Part shown: piece by piece, positions 1-11,500 of the stretch
Position numbering within the stretch: the first letter of the stretch is position 1
Layout: each line of letters begins with the position of its first letter
Source: Botryllus schlosseri
Lineage: Eukaryota
Direction: 5' to 3'
NCBI GenBank assembly: GCA_051294905.1
Contig: CM119372.1
Location: forward strand, 1,798,001 to 1,860,000
Length of the DNA: 62,000 nt
Translations under genes and position numbers: made by a program
The notes under the pieces: generated by a model
Databases searched by the model: none
Seen by the model: the letters and a program-made list of their open reading frames with translations, nothing else
Told to the model about the DNA's origin: nothing

Positions 1-3000
1 ATGAGCTATCCGTCAATGGCCCTACCGCTGATGATGTCGGTCATGTAAATGAAAATGCTGACACTGATAAAAACAGCGTGGACAGTGGCAAGAAATCGTC
101 TCAAGACTTGAATCAAGAAACGCTGCATGAAGACGACAATGCAGAGGAGCCGCCTCCTAAAAAATTGAGGCAATTAGCGCCGATGGTGACCAGAACTGGA
201 CGTACCGTGACTTCATTCAACGGAAAAGTGATTACAGGCACTAAGCAAGTGACTGGTAGCGGAAATTTACAAAAAATCACTCTGTCGCAAGTCACCTCGT
301 TGAAAAGTAACGACAGAAACGGGACCGGGGTCAAAAATTTGATTATTCGCAGGATATCTTCGGACTCAACCACCGTGCCTACTACCACATCAAGTAACGG
401 GCGTACTTTCATCAAAGTCGAGCTGCGTAATTCGCCGAGAGTGCAGCAACACGATTCCAAATCTATCTCTTCAAAAGCGACTGCTGAATACGACATCGGA
501 AAGCTAAAGTGTTTCACATGCAATAAAAAATTCGCGACCCCCCCGGATATTAGAAGGCATCTTATCACGGTGCATTCGTTTACAACCGAAGAAGCTCTAG
601 CCACGTGTTACGATTCTTCTAGCGTCGATTCAGCGGCGCAAGTAGCCGGGTTGAAACACGGTTTTGACATCACAAACGCAAAGTGCATGATTTGCAAGAG
701 GTTTTACTTCTCGAGAGAGAATCTCTTAAGGCACTTGTCGAGGACGCATCATATGGAGCCGGATATACTGAAGGATTTGAAAGTGTCGTGTGGTTTGTTG
801 ACGTTGGTTGATGTAGAGAAGGCTGACTCTAAGCACGACGTCAAGTCAAAGGTAGCTATCAAATCATTTTGTTAATTACAAAATTTCTTCATTTTGGTCC
901 CTGAACATATGACCGTACCGAAAGCGTGCAATATATAGGTAATTAAACATGTGCGTAATCAACAGAAAAAATGATGAGATAAGAGGAAACAGTAATCACC
1001 ACAATTAGCATGCAAAACTTGAACATTATTGGAGCATGTTAGGGTTTGGGTTAAATTAGGGCTAAGATCAGATTAGGATTAAGATCAGGGTAAGGTTTAA
1101 ACTTCTCACTCTCCCCTAGCTGTAAGTGTCGGCTTGATCAAGCCACTTTTTCGTTTCTTATAAGATGCCTTCATTTTACGCGTAATTTGAAGGGGCTTTT
1201 TGTGGTAGAGAACTTCAATTTACAATCGAGTAATATATTCATATTGAAACATGTTTCAACATCAATGTTTTTTAAAATTTTATTTTTCCGTTATGCTCAA
1301 AAACTTCTCACTCTATGAGATAAAATGTGTCTGCATACCAGACTGCCATCTACTCTAATATCAAGACTGAATTGTTGTTCATGTTGAGCTCCTTGTAAGG
1401 TGTATTCTTTATTCATTTCAGCCTCCAACGCAAGCTGTCAAAACGGAAAGCGCACCTCCCGAAAGCGCTTCCGCAGAAGCCGTGGATGCCGTGTCCTTCA
1501 AGGCGACGATCTCCGAGAAATGCACGAAGGAACAGGCTGCTGAAGCAATCAAGTTTTTTCCAAAGCACTATATCAATGCAAACACCCTTCGGTGCTCCAA
1601 ATGCAAGCAAAGGTAATTTTCTTCATTACGTCTATTTTGTTGTTAGCTTACTATAAGGATGCAAAGATGATATTGGTGGTGTGTGTGTGAGTGTGAGAGT
1701 ATTTATTGTAATCTGGTACCTGAGTGATTCGACTTGGAACCAATAAGAGTATCACTCATTAAGCCATGGTAACATACTAACAGTATTGATGATGTGGAAA
1801 GTTGGAATATGTACTGGTACCTTAATATGCGACTGCAATGAATATAGTGCAAGTTCTACACAGGGTTCTAATGACTCCGAGTCACAATTTTTTGGTGACT
1901 CGACTTGAATCAAGTCATTTTTTCAGATGTGTAAAATGACTCGAGACTAGGATAGCCAAGACAGACATTTCAGTGTAACTTCGACGAATAGTAAAGTTAC
2001 CACACGGTTGATATTTCGTCTATCTGTCCTGATACTGGGAAAATAGGCCCAGAAACTGGTAATGAATGAGGAAAATTAGTAGCCTATATTATGAATGCGA
2101 GCCACTCGAGCAGAGTTAAAAAACGTGGGTTGAACCGGTTTGAACTCAAAACTAATGAACAGTGTACATAATGACTTAGGACTCGGACTCGCCCCCATAC
2201 TCACTGACTCGGACTTGACTCGGTGCTGAATTGAAAATGACTCGACTTGACTCGTGTCAAAACTATAAAAGTGAGATTGACTTGTGAGTCGGAACCTTGT
2301 GACTGAGTTAGGACCCTGGTTCCACATCGCATTAAACGTGATTTGGTATTTTTTCGACCATACATAGTATGTTATTGCAGTTTGTGACAATGGTTGGGAG
2401 TGATCACGACTTCGCAGATATGTCATTTTCGCTAACGTGCGTAGATTTGTATTACATGTTTCGTATGCTGTAGTACGACCTGCGGTTTCAAGGCTACCAC
2501 AGTAACAGTATCGGAGTTATAGTTTTTGTTGATACATTAACTCTTACTGGAAAGGAGCGTATATTTTCAATACTCGATAAAATCATTTATCAATACCCAA
2601 CTCAAATCAATAGAATAGTACTCGATTCAGATTTAAGTAATCAAATCATTGTGCTCAGCCCGAACGGATATGAAACATATCAGTACCAGGGTTGTAACCT
2701 AGTCACAGAGGGTTCCGAGTCACAAGTCAATCCCACTTTTATAGTTTTGACTCGAGTCATTTTTAATTCACGACCGAGTAAGTCACTGTGTTGACTGCTT
2801 AGTTTCGTGTTGAAGTCTTGTTAAACCCACGTTTTATAACTCTGCTTGGTGATATCGAATGATTCGCATTGTGAATATACTAATTTCCCTCGCTTTTATC
2901 AGTTTTGGATCGCTTTTCCAAGTACCAGCACCAATAGGCGAAATACCAATGGTGCGATTGCTTTACTATTATTCGAAATGACAGCGAAATTTCGGTCTTG

Positions 3001-3764
3001 GCCGTCTGAGACTCTAGTCATATGTCTTGAAAAAAACTTTCTTCAGATTTCACTGGCTACTTGATAAAATTGTTAGGTTGGTTAAAATAACGCTGCACAG
3101 GTTGGTTAAAATAACGCTGCACACTAACTTTGGCTCAATTCCAACCACTAGAAGCGAAGTTATTGCAGTAGAAAAATTTGGATTCAAATAAAATAGTATT
3201 TACGGCGACTAACTCTTTAATTATTTATCATAAAATCGTGGAATTAGAAATTTTCCTACTGCAATAAATTCGCTTTTAGCGGTTGGAATTGAGCCAAAGT
3301 TGGCGTGCAACATTTTTTAACCAACCTAACAATTTTTTCAAGTAGCCAGTCAAATCTGAAGGAAAAGTGTTTTTTTTTAACAGCCCGTATGCGCAATGAC
3401 TAAGTCCAAGTCGAGTCAATACACAGCCTGAGTCAAGTCGAGTCATCAGAAAATCGCGACTCGAGTCATTACAACCCTGATCGGTACTAGTAACTCATCG
3501 CTGTTAATACTGTACCGCAGATGCCAAAAGACCTGGGACCTGAAGGTACATCTCATGAAACATCTCGGTGTTGGCTTTTTAATGTGCAAGTTCTGCTCCG
3601 GTCCGAATCGTATGGCCAGCAGCAGAAGTTTGGACATGATCAAACATCTCCAGGACGCGCACGGGATGAACGTGCGCAATCGCGACCCCGTTTTGCAAGA
3701 GTGCAGGGTGAACTATCAGCATCTATGGGAAGCGTATAACATCCCGTTAGGAAAAATGCCGTAG
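1..3764 (+). CDS. C2H2 zinc-finger protein, 3' part (gene begins upstream of the window); exons <1-851, 1422-1612, 3521-3764
   Basis: Frame is open from base 3. Fingers CFTCNKKF..RRHLITVH and CMICKRFY..LRHLSRTH. GT-AG junctions are phase-consistent (0, then 2) and rebuild a split finger CSKCKQR|CQKTWDLKVHLMKH, followed by CKFC..IKHLQDAH. Stop at 3764. Confidence 0.9.
1861..2318. mobile_element. hAT-type MITE, family A (GACTCGAGTC-rich subtermini)
   Basis: Termini CAGGGTTCTAA...TTAGGACCCTG; 8-bp TSD gttctaca/gttccaca (7/8). Confidence 0.8.
2687..3479. mobile_element. hAT-type MITE, family A, carrying a nested foldback element
   Basis: Termini CAGGGTTGTAA...TTACAACCCTG; TSD atcagtac/atcggtac (7/8). 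Confidence 0.8.
3030..3389. repeat. Long inverted repeat / foldback MITE (arms about 150 bp)
   Basis: CTTCAGATTTCACTGGCTACTTGA...TTGCAGTAG is mirrored by CTACTGCAA...TCAAGTAGCCAGTCAAATCTGAAG. The left arm has a tandem duplication of AGGTTGGTTAAAATAACGCTGCAC. Confidence 0.8.
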
Positions 3765-3830
3765 AACATTGAGGGATGTTTCACATGCCCTGTGCGTTAT
3801 ACAGTACATGATGCTGCATAGACACTCGAT

Positions 3831-3843
3831 ATTAAAGAATAAA
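3831..3843 (+). promoter_or_regulatory. Polyadenylation signals (ATTAAA, AATAAA) of the zinc-finger gene
   Basis: ATTAAA at 3831-3836 and AATAAA at 3838-3843, about 70 nt after the stop. Confidence 0.55.
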
Positions 3844-3971
3844 AAGACTAATTGGCGTTATATCTTTGCTCGATGACAGTTTGTGAGATTCAGTGCTGGA
3901 AATTACAGAATCTTGTTGCAACTGCCCTCGATCTATGATCAGCCGCTGACTGAATTTCAGATCTTCTAGAT

Positions 3972-4362
3972 CAGGGGTTCTCAACCTTTTGAAGCAGTGT
4001 CCCACTCTGAAAATTTTGAAAAATCAATGGCCCCTATTTATTCTAGTTTCTGAAAAAATTGAACGTTATTTTAAGTGAAAACAAGATTTATACAGTAACT
4101 AGTAGCTAGAATGGTTAAATGATATAAATACAACTCGCAATAAGCATGATAGTACATCAATTAGTTTTAACATATGCAATGATGTTTCCAATTCTCTACT
4201 AGTTGCTGACGATTACCCCTGACGAGTGTCTGCCGAAACTATTCGGGTTCCTTTCAATATGAATACATTATTCAATTGTATATTGAAGTTCTGTACCTCC
4301 AAGAAGCTTTTCATGGCCCTCACCCTTGCAAAGGCTCATGGCCCCCGGGTTGGGAACCCCTG
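3972..4362. mobile_element. hAT (Charlie-like) MITE
   Basis: TIRs CAGGGGTTCTCAACC / GGTTGGGAACCCCTG; TSD degenerate. Confidence 0.7.
4188..4308 (+). ncRNA. ~120-bp repeat with a minimal hammerhead ribozyme motif (copy 1, slightly degenerate)
   Basis: GCTGACGATT-ACCC-CTGACGA-G-TGTCTGC-C-GAAA-CTAT-TC-GGGT; homologous to the copies at 9245, 13098, 34555 and 41043. Confidence 0.6.
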
Positions 4363-5237
4363 TGCCTGATATACAAATTGTTGCATGCCCATCTGTAGTT
4401 TTGCCAGCAGCATCAGTTTTTATGGGAAATATGTATTACGTTAACTGTTTCTCATTGATACTTACCGGTTTGATCGATATTAATCACGTTTGTTGTGGTT
4501 TTCTACCCAGGTTTCATGATAAATTTATGTACATGTTTTTGTTTCGAGTTTTTTGGGGAGGTATTCGGTGAAGCATGGACCGCGATTGTTGCCGGTATTT
4601 CTGAGGCGTCTCTTCAGACCGCGGATTCCAAGAATTGAATCGACCTGCCATCACGTCAGAAATGTAGCGTGCTAAAATTTCGTCCTCGAATATTCAGCCA
4701 ATAAATGATCGATTTTTACAGTTATCCTGATATACTATAACCGACTATCGCAAGCCGATTTGAAAAATTGAATTTCAAGAGATTTAATTTAGACAGACAG
4801 AGAATTTATTGCTTGGTCAAAAATATGCATGAATTTGACTGGAGATGACAATCAGTGTCATCGTTTCAAAGCATCACAAGATTGCGAAACAAAAGAAAGG
4901 AACTTGTCAAAACTTGGAGTACTCTTTGAAATCACACGCCAGCCAGACCTATAGGCGATGTAGAAAGGAGGCATGCACAGTGCACACTGAATGAAAGTAA
5001 ATAAGATAATATAAAAGAACAGGTGACAGCAAGAAGTGGTATGTGTCGGCAGGCGAGATCGATATGTCAGGTCGTGGTCCGGTAAACTTGAGGGTAACTA
5101 GCATTGATTCAGTAGAAATTGTTTATATTTCGACTTGAATGTGGATGCTCGACGAGTGTCGGATAGCAATTCAATTTATTATTAATTATCCCATCATTTC
5201 AAAACACCACAGGAATGCGATACAATGAAAAGATAGG

Positions 5238-6502
5238 CAGAGGTGGTCAAAGTAGTCACGAAAGATACTCAAGTAGAAGTAGCGACGAAAAAATCTACTC
5301 AAGTACGAGCAGAAGTACTTACACAAGCAACCTAAAACTACTTGAAGTAGAGGTAGAATTTACTGACTTTAAATCTACTCAAGTAAGTAAGTAGTTGTGA
5401 AAACGATCGTAATTCGTTCGCATGGATTGTCAAAAGCTGCAAATGGTGCTATGCGGAAGGCGTAGAGCGAGCTTGATTCATATTGATGCATCCCAGGTGT
5501 CAATTTTTGACAGAATAAGCAGTCGTCCACATCATGGGATGTAAATGATAGTATTGATATGGAAATGTGATACTAATCCTTTGTTTACCCGAACACCCCA
5601 TTTTAGAGAATATCAGGGCAAGGCGCCCGCCCCCATATTACAAGGCCCCCATTTCAGTCGAAGAGCAATACGAAGAAGTTGTGTCAGATACCGCTTTAAC
5701 ACTTTGCGCGATTTGTATATGGTATTTTAAATATGGCAGATCTTAAAAATGCCATATAGTGTATAGCTTTATTTTCGAAAAATAGGCTATAAGGCATTAC
5801 TACATTTCCTTTTATATTTTAACACGTAGCCTATGTTCTGCAGACAAAAGAACTGAAACTATAATTCGAACTCAACGTATAATAGTCGTAATTGAAAGAA
5901 AACTGCAAACACTACTTCTAAAAAGCGTACAATATATTTCATGTCTTTTGTCCAGAAAGTTTCACCGGTGGTCTGCTAAAACAGGTCTAAGGTTAACAAA
6001 GTCCAAGTCCCCTTTTCCAGATTAGGACACGTCATGGCCTGTTAGATTGCTAGATTGCCAAACGGTATACCTTCAAACGTTATGGCGGCCATATACTTGC
6101 TATGATGAAATATTTAATATAGGCAACAATGCGGTGTGAACGGAACCACGCAACCCGGTATCTAAATTATATTCTGCGATACTTTCGTTGAAACATATTT
6201 GTCACTCCAATAACTACTGTGCGCGAAGCGCGATGAAAAATCCGGGCCTTACATGACTTTTATGAAAACTAAATGTTGGTACTATACGTAAAGAAGTCCC
6301 CAAATTCCTTAGTCTACCTTTCTCATTGGGGGATTAAACTACTTCTACTTGACAAACTGAAAACGAAAAGTAAGTAAGTAGTTCACCAATTATTACGAAG
6401 TAGAAGTGAAAGTAGAAGTGAAAAAATATATAGGAGTAGAGGAAAACTACTTGAGTACTTCGAAAAAGTAGAAGTAGGCTACTTCGTTACTGACCACCTC
6501 TG
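5238..6502. mobile_element. Non-autonomous DNA transposon with AGTAGAAGT-rich subterminal repeats
   Basis: 12-bp TIR CAGAGGTGGTCA / TGACCACCTCTG. Fragments of the family also lie near 13270, 16030-16510, 35526-36245 and 41460. Confidence 0.7.
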
Positions 6503-6680
6503 ATAAGGAGTCCAAACGACTTGGAGTAGTCTAGGAAACCAGATACACACTTGGGCCTAGGCGATGTAAATAAGAGGTACAGGCAATAGGCATGCACAGT
6601 GGACGGAAAGAAGTATGGAATAACATAAAATGACTAGCGATGAAAATGAACAACTCATGTGTCGATATGATCTGTAAAAG

Positions 6681-7037
6681 TAGAGTTACCATACGTCCTC
6701 TTTTAAGAGGATTTGTCCTCTTTTTTCAATAAATTGAAAGTGTCCTTGGAGGACACCTAAGACCTAAATGTTATCTTTTGGGGAATTTGTTCTCTTTTTT
6801 AGAAAAAAGTATTAAATTGTCATTAGAAGTCGACCTCGACGCAGCGTACGACATAGTTTCGTAAAAACGGGCAAAACGGAGGTCGAGTCCAAGTGATGAC
6901 CATTTTTCAGCACCACAGACGTATCGTAAAAATGCGGGTAATTCGAAAATTAACCATAATCTTTTCCGGTATTTCTTCAGCCTTCAAAGTTTTTAAAAAG
7001 TGTCCTCTTTTTCGGTTCTCAAAATATGGTGATCCAA
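6681..7037. mobile_element. hAT MITE, TAGGGTTACCATA family
   Basis: Termini TAGAGTTACCATA / TATGGTGATCCAA; TSD tgtaaaag/tgtaaaaa. Relatives at 20714, 34990 and 41533. Confidence 0.65.
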
Positions 7038-7149
7038 TGTAAAAATCTTTATTACTCGTCAGTCGTCACCCACCACAGCAGCGGAGTAACTTCTAGGCTT
7101 AGCATTAAAAACTAAAAACGTTACGCAGTCTAAACTCATACACACTTTA

Positions 7150-7330
7150 GGAAGACAAGATAGCCTAATAGTGAAGAGTCCGGCTTCTATTGGCCGGTAG
7201 GTCGCGGGTTCGATCACCGGCCGGGTAAGGCCAAAGACCTGATTAGTAACACTCGCATCCATGACTTCCCCGCTTGACGCTCATGCATAACTGGGATAGC
7301 ATGAAGGTGTAGTGCAAGACTTAGAAAGCC
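7150..7330 (+). mobile_element. tRNA-derived SINE, divergent subfamily
   Basis: tRNA-like head with B-box GGTTCGATCACC, then CCAAAGAC and a body related to the SINE at 7482. Confidence 0.6.
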
Positions 7331-7481
7331 GTACAAGGCTATATCTGCACCTTCCCCGTCCAGAGGCATATGCTCATGCTCATCATGCACTCGCCGGCAT
7401 GCATATGCACAGAACGTGTGTATGTGTGTCGTGGGTCGGTGTAGCCTATATGCCGCAAAAACATCAAGGACAAAATATGCT

Positions 7482-7734
7482 GTGTAATGGTTGTGCGTCC
7501 GGCTTCTCGGTCAGTAGGTCGTGGGCTCGATCCCCGGCTGCGTCGGACCAAAGACTCGAAAACTGGTATCCGCGGCTATCCTGCTAGGCGCTCAGCAATC
7601 ACGGACAGCATTGAGGAGAAAAAACGGGGGTGCGGACTAGATGACCTTACTATAAAGGCCGTATCGCATCTCCGTCGTCAAAGCATCTCGATGGTGCAGG
7701 CGAAAAAGAATACCATATCTCTCTCTCTCTCTCT
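7482..7734 (+). mobile_element. tRNA-derived SINE (Meta-domain-like), copy 1
   Basis: A/B-box head, ACCAAAGACTCGAAAACTGGTATCCGCGGCTATCCTGCTAGGCGCTCAGC core and (CT)n tail; near-identical to the copies at 34273 and 41605. Confidence 0.85.
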
Positions 7735-8537
7735 ATTTAAGTGGTGCAAGCTCGCAAAATCTAATTTAGAACTTTGAAAAAGTAGAAGTACATACTGACA
7801 TGTTGCGTTTTGGTGTCGCGACAGCAGTTGAATATATCCAATCCCTTCACTTTTTTTAAACAATTTATCGATATATTATTTTCGTTCTCATAATCTGTGC
7901 TTTCGAAACAGCACCACCATTCTTGATATCCGTGCTATCTTAGAGTACTGCCACTCAGCGTCAAACCCTAGGTACCGTTTTTTCGGGATGCCCTGCGTTT
8001 ACTTTGTTCAGACGACTGGACTTCACTCGAGTCACGCTGCCAAATTCACTTGGCGTTTCAGAAATGTAGATGACTCGAAGCACCTCCTCCAAATAAATTG
8101 ACCGCAAACGAAGTGATTAGAGCTCACGTTGTCCTGTGGATTTCTGTTCTATTACACTAAACTATATCGTCCTGATATTGTCTGAACTGGTATCATGAGC
8201 CATATTTAAACACATACTCTTCGCAAAAGGGTAAAAAGTAGTCTTGTGTCAAAAACTGGTAATTCAAAGCGGAAGCAGCCAGAAAACAATTGAGAAAGTA
8301 GGCAGAATCGATTTGAGTATTCCGAAAACTAATTTTACGGCGAGCATTTTAGTTCTTCAAAGCACTGGAAATCAGGTCGTAAAATAGAACTGGCAGAGCT
8401 CACAATAATACAAGTCAAAAGTCAAATGCAATGTGCAGTCAACCGAAATCTCATGGTCGCCTGTGTCATCTTCAACCAGCTTCGTCCGATTGCGTATCGA
8501 ATGAGACGGAACAATTCGATCTCTCGCCAGCGGGGCC

Positions 8538-11500
8538 TCATGTCACTTTAAATGCGAGTAACGTTGAATCTTTGCAGCCGACGAGAAATGAGATGTCCTT
8601 TCCGTCGTTATATTCGCAGATTGCTGAAGCCCAGTCCGGCAGTTTACGCCTTGTCAAAACCTACGAAACCAAATGTCAATAATCGCGTATATATGCAAGT
8701 AAAATAGCATCTTCACATCTTGCTATTGCCCGAGAGTTGGACAACTAGAAAACTTTCATCTCTTCCATATTAGATTAAAATCATAACCACCGAATTTAAA
8801 ATACTTGAAAATCAAAATAAATACCTAATTATAAAGAAATACATCAAAAATAAAGTTTGGTTTATATCAAATCAGAGTTCGTTATCGTACGCATAAGAAT
8901 AGTAAATGTCTGTACCGCAGGCTTAGCTCCTTTCACACTAAAAAGGTTTGTAGCATTCTCAGGAAAACCGGAAATTCGATTAGAATGGGAGCATAAAACA
9001 GCTTGCATCACAAGTCAGATTACGATTAAAGGACAGCATAGGAAAACATTACATCAGTATCCAGTATGAAAATCGACATTAAAATCCCACCTTGCCCTCT
9101 CTCAGAAGGATGAACGCAGGAAAATGACCCGTGCACAGTAGAATATCCAATTTTTCGGTGACTGCTTTATCGTGACTCCCCAAACCTAGAAAAAAAAGCA
9201 AGGAAACGTTGATATCAATAGAATATCCACAGAAACATTACACCCTTGGAGGTACACAACTTCAATAGACAGTTGAATAACATATTCATATTGAAATGAA
9301 CCCGAATATTTTCATCAATATCACTATCAAAAAGTCTGCTTACTTGTAGAGTCGCCCATCGGTGGCAATCTCCTAAGCTCTGTAATGGGATGGCCGACAT
9401 CCGCGAATTGACTGCTGATTTGAACTTCAAAGTCCACACAAATCCATATCGTACCGTCGTCGCAACCCAGAGCAATTTGAGTCAAGCTGTGTCAATATGA
9501 TTGGCTATGATTGATACCACGGAGAGGGGGGAGGGGAGCGAGTTGCTAAAATTTTCAGCCTTTTCAAAATAGATTAGAACTAGAATTACTGAATTCCTCA
9601 AGACTTGGAAATTTAATTATCAGAATTAAAAAGTGATACAAATATCAAATCAAAATTCATACTCATAAGTTGGAGAATGGCAATGTCTGTACACCTAGCT
9701 CGGCTTGTTTCGCACTATACACTTCTGTCGCGCTTTCAAGAAAACCAGATATCCGATCAGAAATTGAGCGAGAAGTGGCTGGGGAGTTAACTTATGATAG
9801 CATGCACGAATACGAACACACTCACTTTTCATCGGGGTCCGATACTTCATCAAAATGAAGAAAATATCCAGTACACATCTGAAAACAAAGTAGGTTTTCT
9901 TGAATCGGTAACGGCTAGAACAGGGGTTCTCAAAGGGTGGGCCACAGGAGCATTTGAGGTGGGCCACAAAGCTATTTAAAAAATTTTAGAATTAATACAA
10001 GTTTAGTTATATTTGTTATGTTAATCGCTAAAGATATATTCATATTATCTAATTATGTGTAGTCTACGTAAAGCTTGTCATCTGACTCTGATGAGACGTA
10101 GTGTGGCACGTATGGATTCAGCATGTACAAGTCGAAAACGATAGGTAGAAACGACGGCTTTTTCCGCTGGCTATGACAACCTACGGCTAACAGCAACTAT
10201 AATAATTTCAAGTATATAATAACTGGAAAGCAATGCTGAAGTAACCAAGCATTCCGGCAGGGTCATATGTCGTTGAAAGGGGTGTGCAATAAACTCGGAA
10301 TGAAGTGTAATTGATGTATAGATTTACTGTACATATGCAAGTCGTATTATTGTAAGATAAAAATAGCCATAATTGCAAATTATTAGCAACTTCTGGTGGA
10401 GATATACTGCACCACCGCAACGAATCATAATGGATTGAGGATTTAGCGGAGCGCATTAATCTTTGGAGTCGGTTTAAAATTTCCGCCCTGGAAATCATTG
10501 TACATAATATAAGAGTCACACGAATTGATTGTATCATAGGATTGAATATTCTGACATTTACAGAAATAGGCATATCGGCGCTGTCAATTACCACGCATTT
10601 AACAGGATTATGACTCCAAGATAAGAGGTGGGCCACAGTACATTTTCAAACCGGAAAATGGAACACGGCCAAGAAAGGGCTGAGAACCCCTGGGCTAGAA
10701 TTATCACGTCGCCAACATCTTGCAAATCGAAATCAGGAAAAAATAAGACTGCATGTAAGAGGTAAGAGGTATAGCAGGGTCACCAATGCGGTGCTAGTTT
10801 CAAATTCAGATTTGAGATACGAGCATGAGCTTGGAAAAACTTCGGACCAACGAAAAATTTTACTCGTTTTTAGGTGTGTTGATCATCACGTCACGTCAAC
10901 TTATTAGTGTCATCCGATGGTTGATGATTCACAATGAGTAGACAATAAGTCATCTACAACAGTGAGCCTGTAAAGTAGGCTACAAGCTGTGTAAAATATC
11001 AAATGATAAGTTCACCGACAGTGCAACCTCTAAGACACCAACGAAATGCAGTTTCCAAAAACGAACTTTGCGTACAAGTTTGACAACTTTTTGACCTAAT
11101 GCTACAATTTTGACCAAATTTTGTCATTTTGCATTGGTCACAAAGATCCAACTCGAAATTTCAAAAGTAGCCATCTCTGAAAGTATACCACCCACCAATC
11201 GAATCTACTTGCTGAAATTACTTATTTGAATACTTTTCACACCTATATTGTACTTCAACTTAATGTAGCTTTGACATGTCCTCGAAATTGCTACTTCTCC
11301 TTGTAGTTGCGCAGTAATTTACAGTTATATCTATTTCCACTAGAGCAGCAGCGCTGATTACTTTGATCACCTCTGATTACATAGAGTCGAAAAAATAGAA
11401 GTGAAAAACTAACAGATTTAACAATCGAAGGCGTCTTGATCGACAGCAGAGTTCTCCCATTCCTTATAAAGTGAAGGTTCTTGCTACTGTCAGCAACAAT

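Noticed and set aside
113..604. 163-aa minus-strand ORF and other antisense ORFs over real CDSs
   Set aside because: Shadow ORFs of coding exons with no recognisable motifs.
1036..1100. Telomere-like TTAGGG/TTAGGA run
   Set aside because: Short, highly degenerate and intronic; not a telomeric array.
7487..7777. Recurrent ORFs 'MVVRPASRSVGRG...' (also at 34326 and 41538)
   Set aside because: These are translations of SINE copies, not a protein family.
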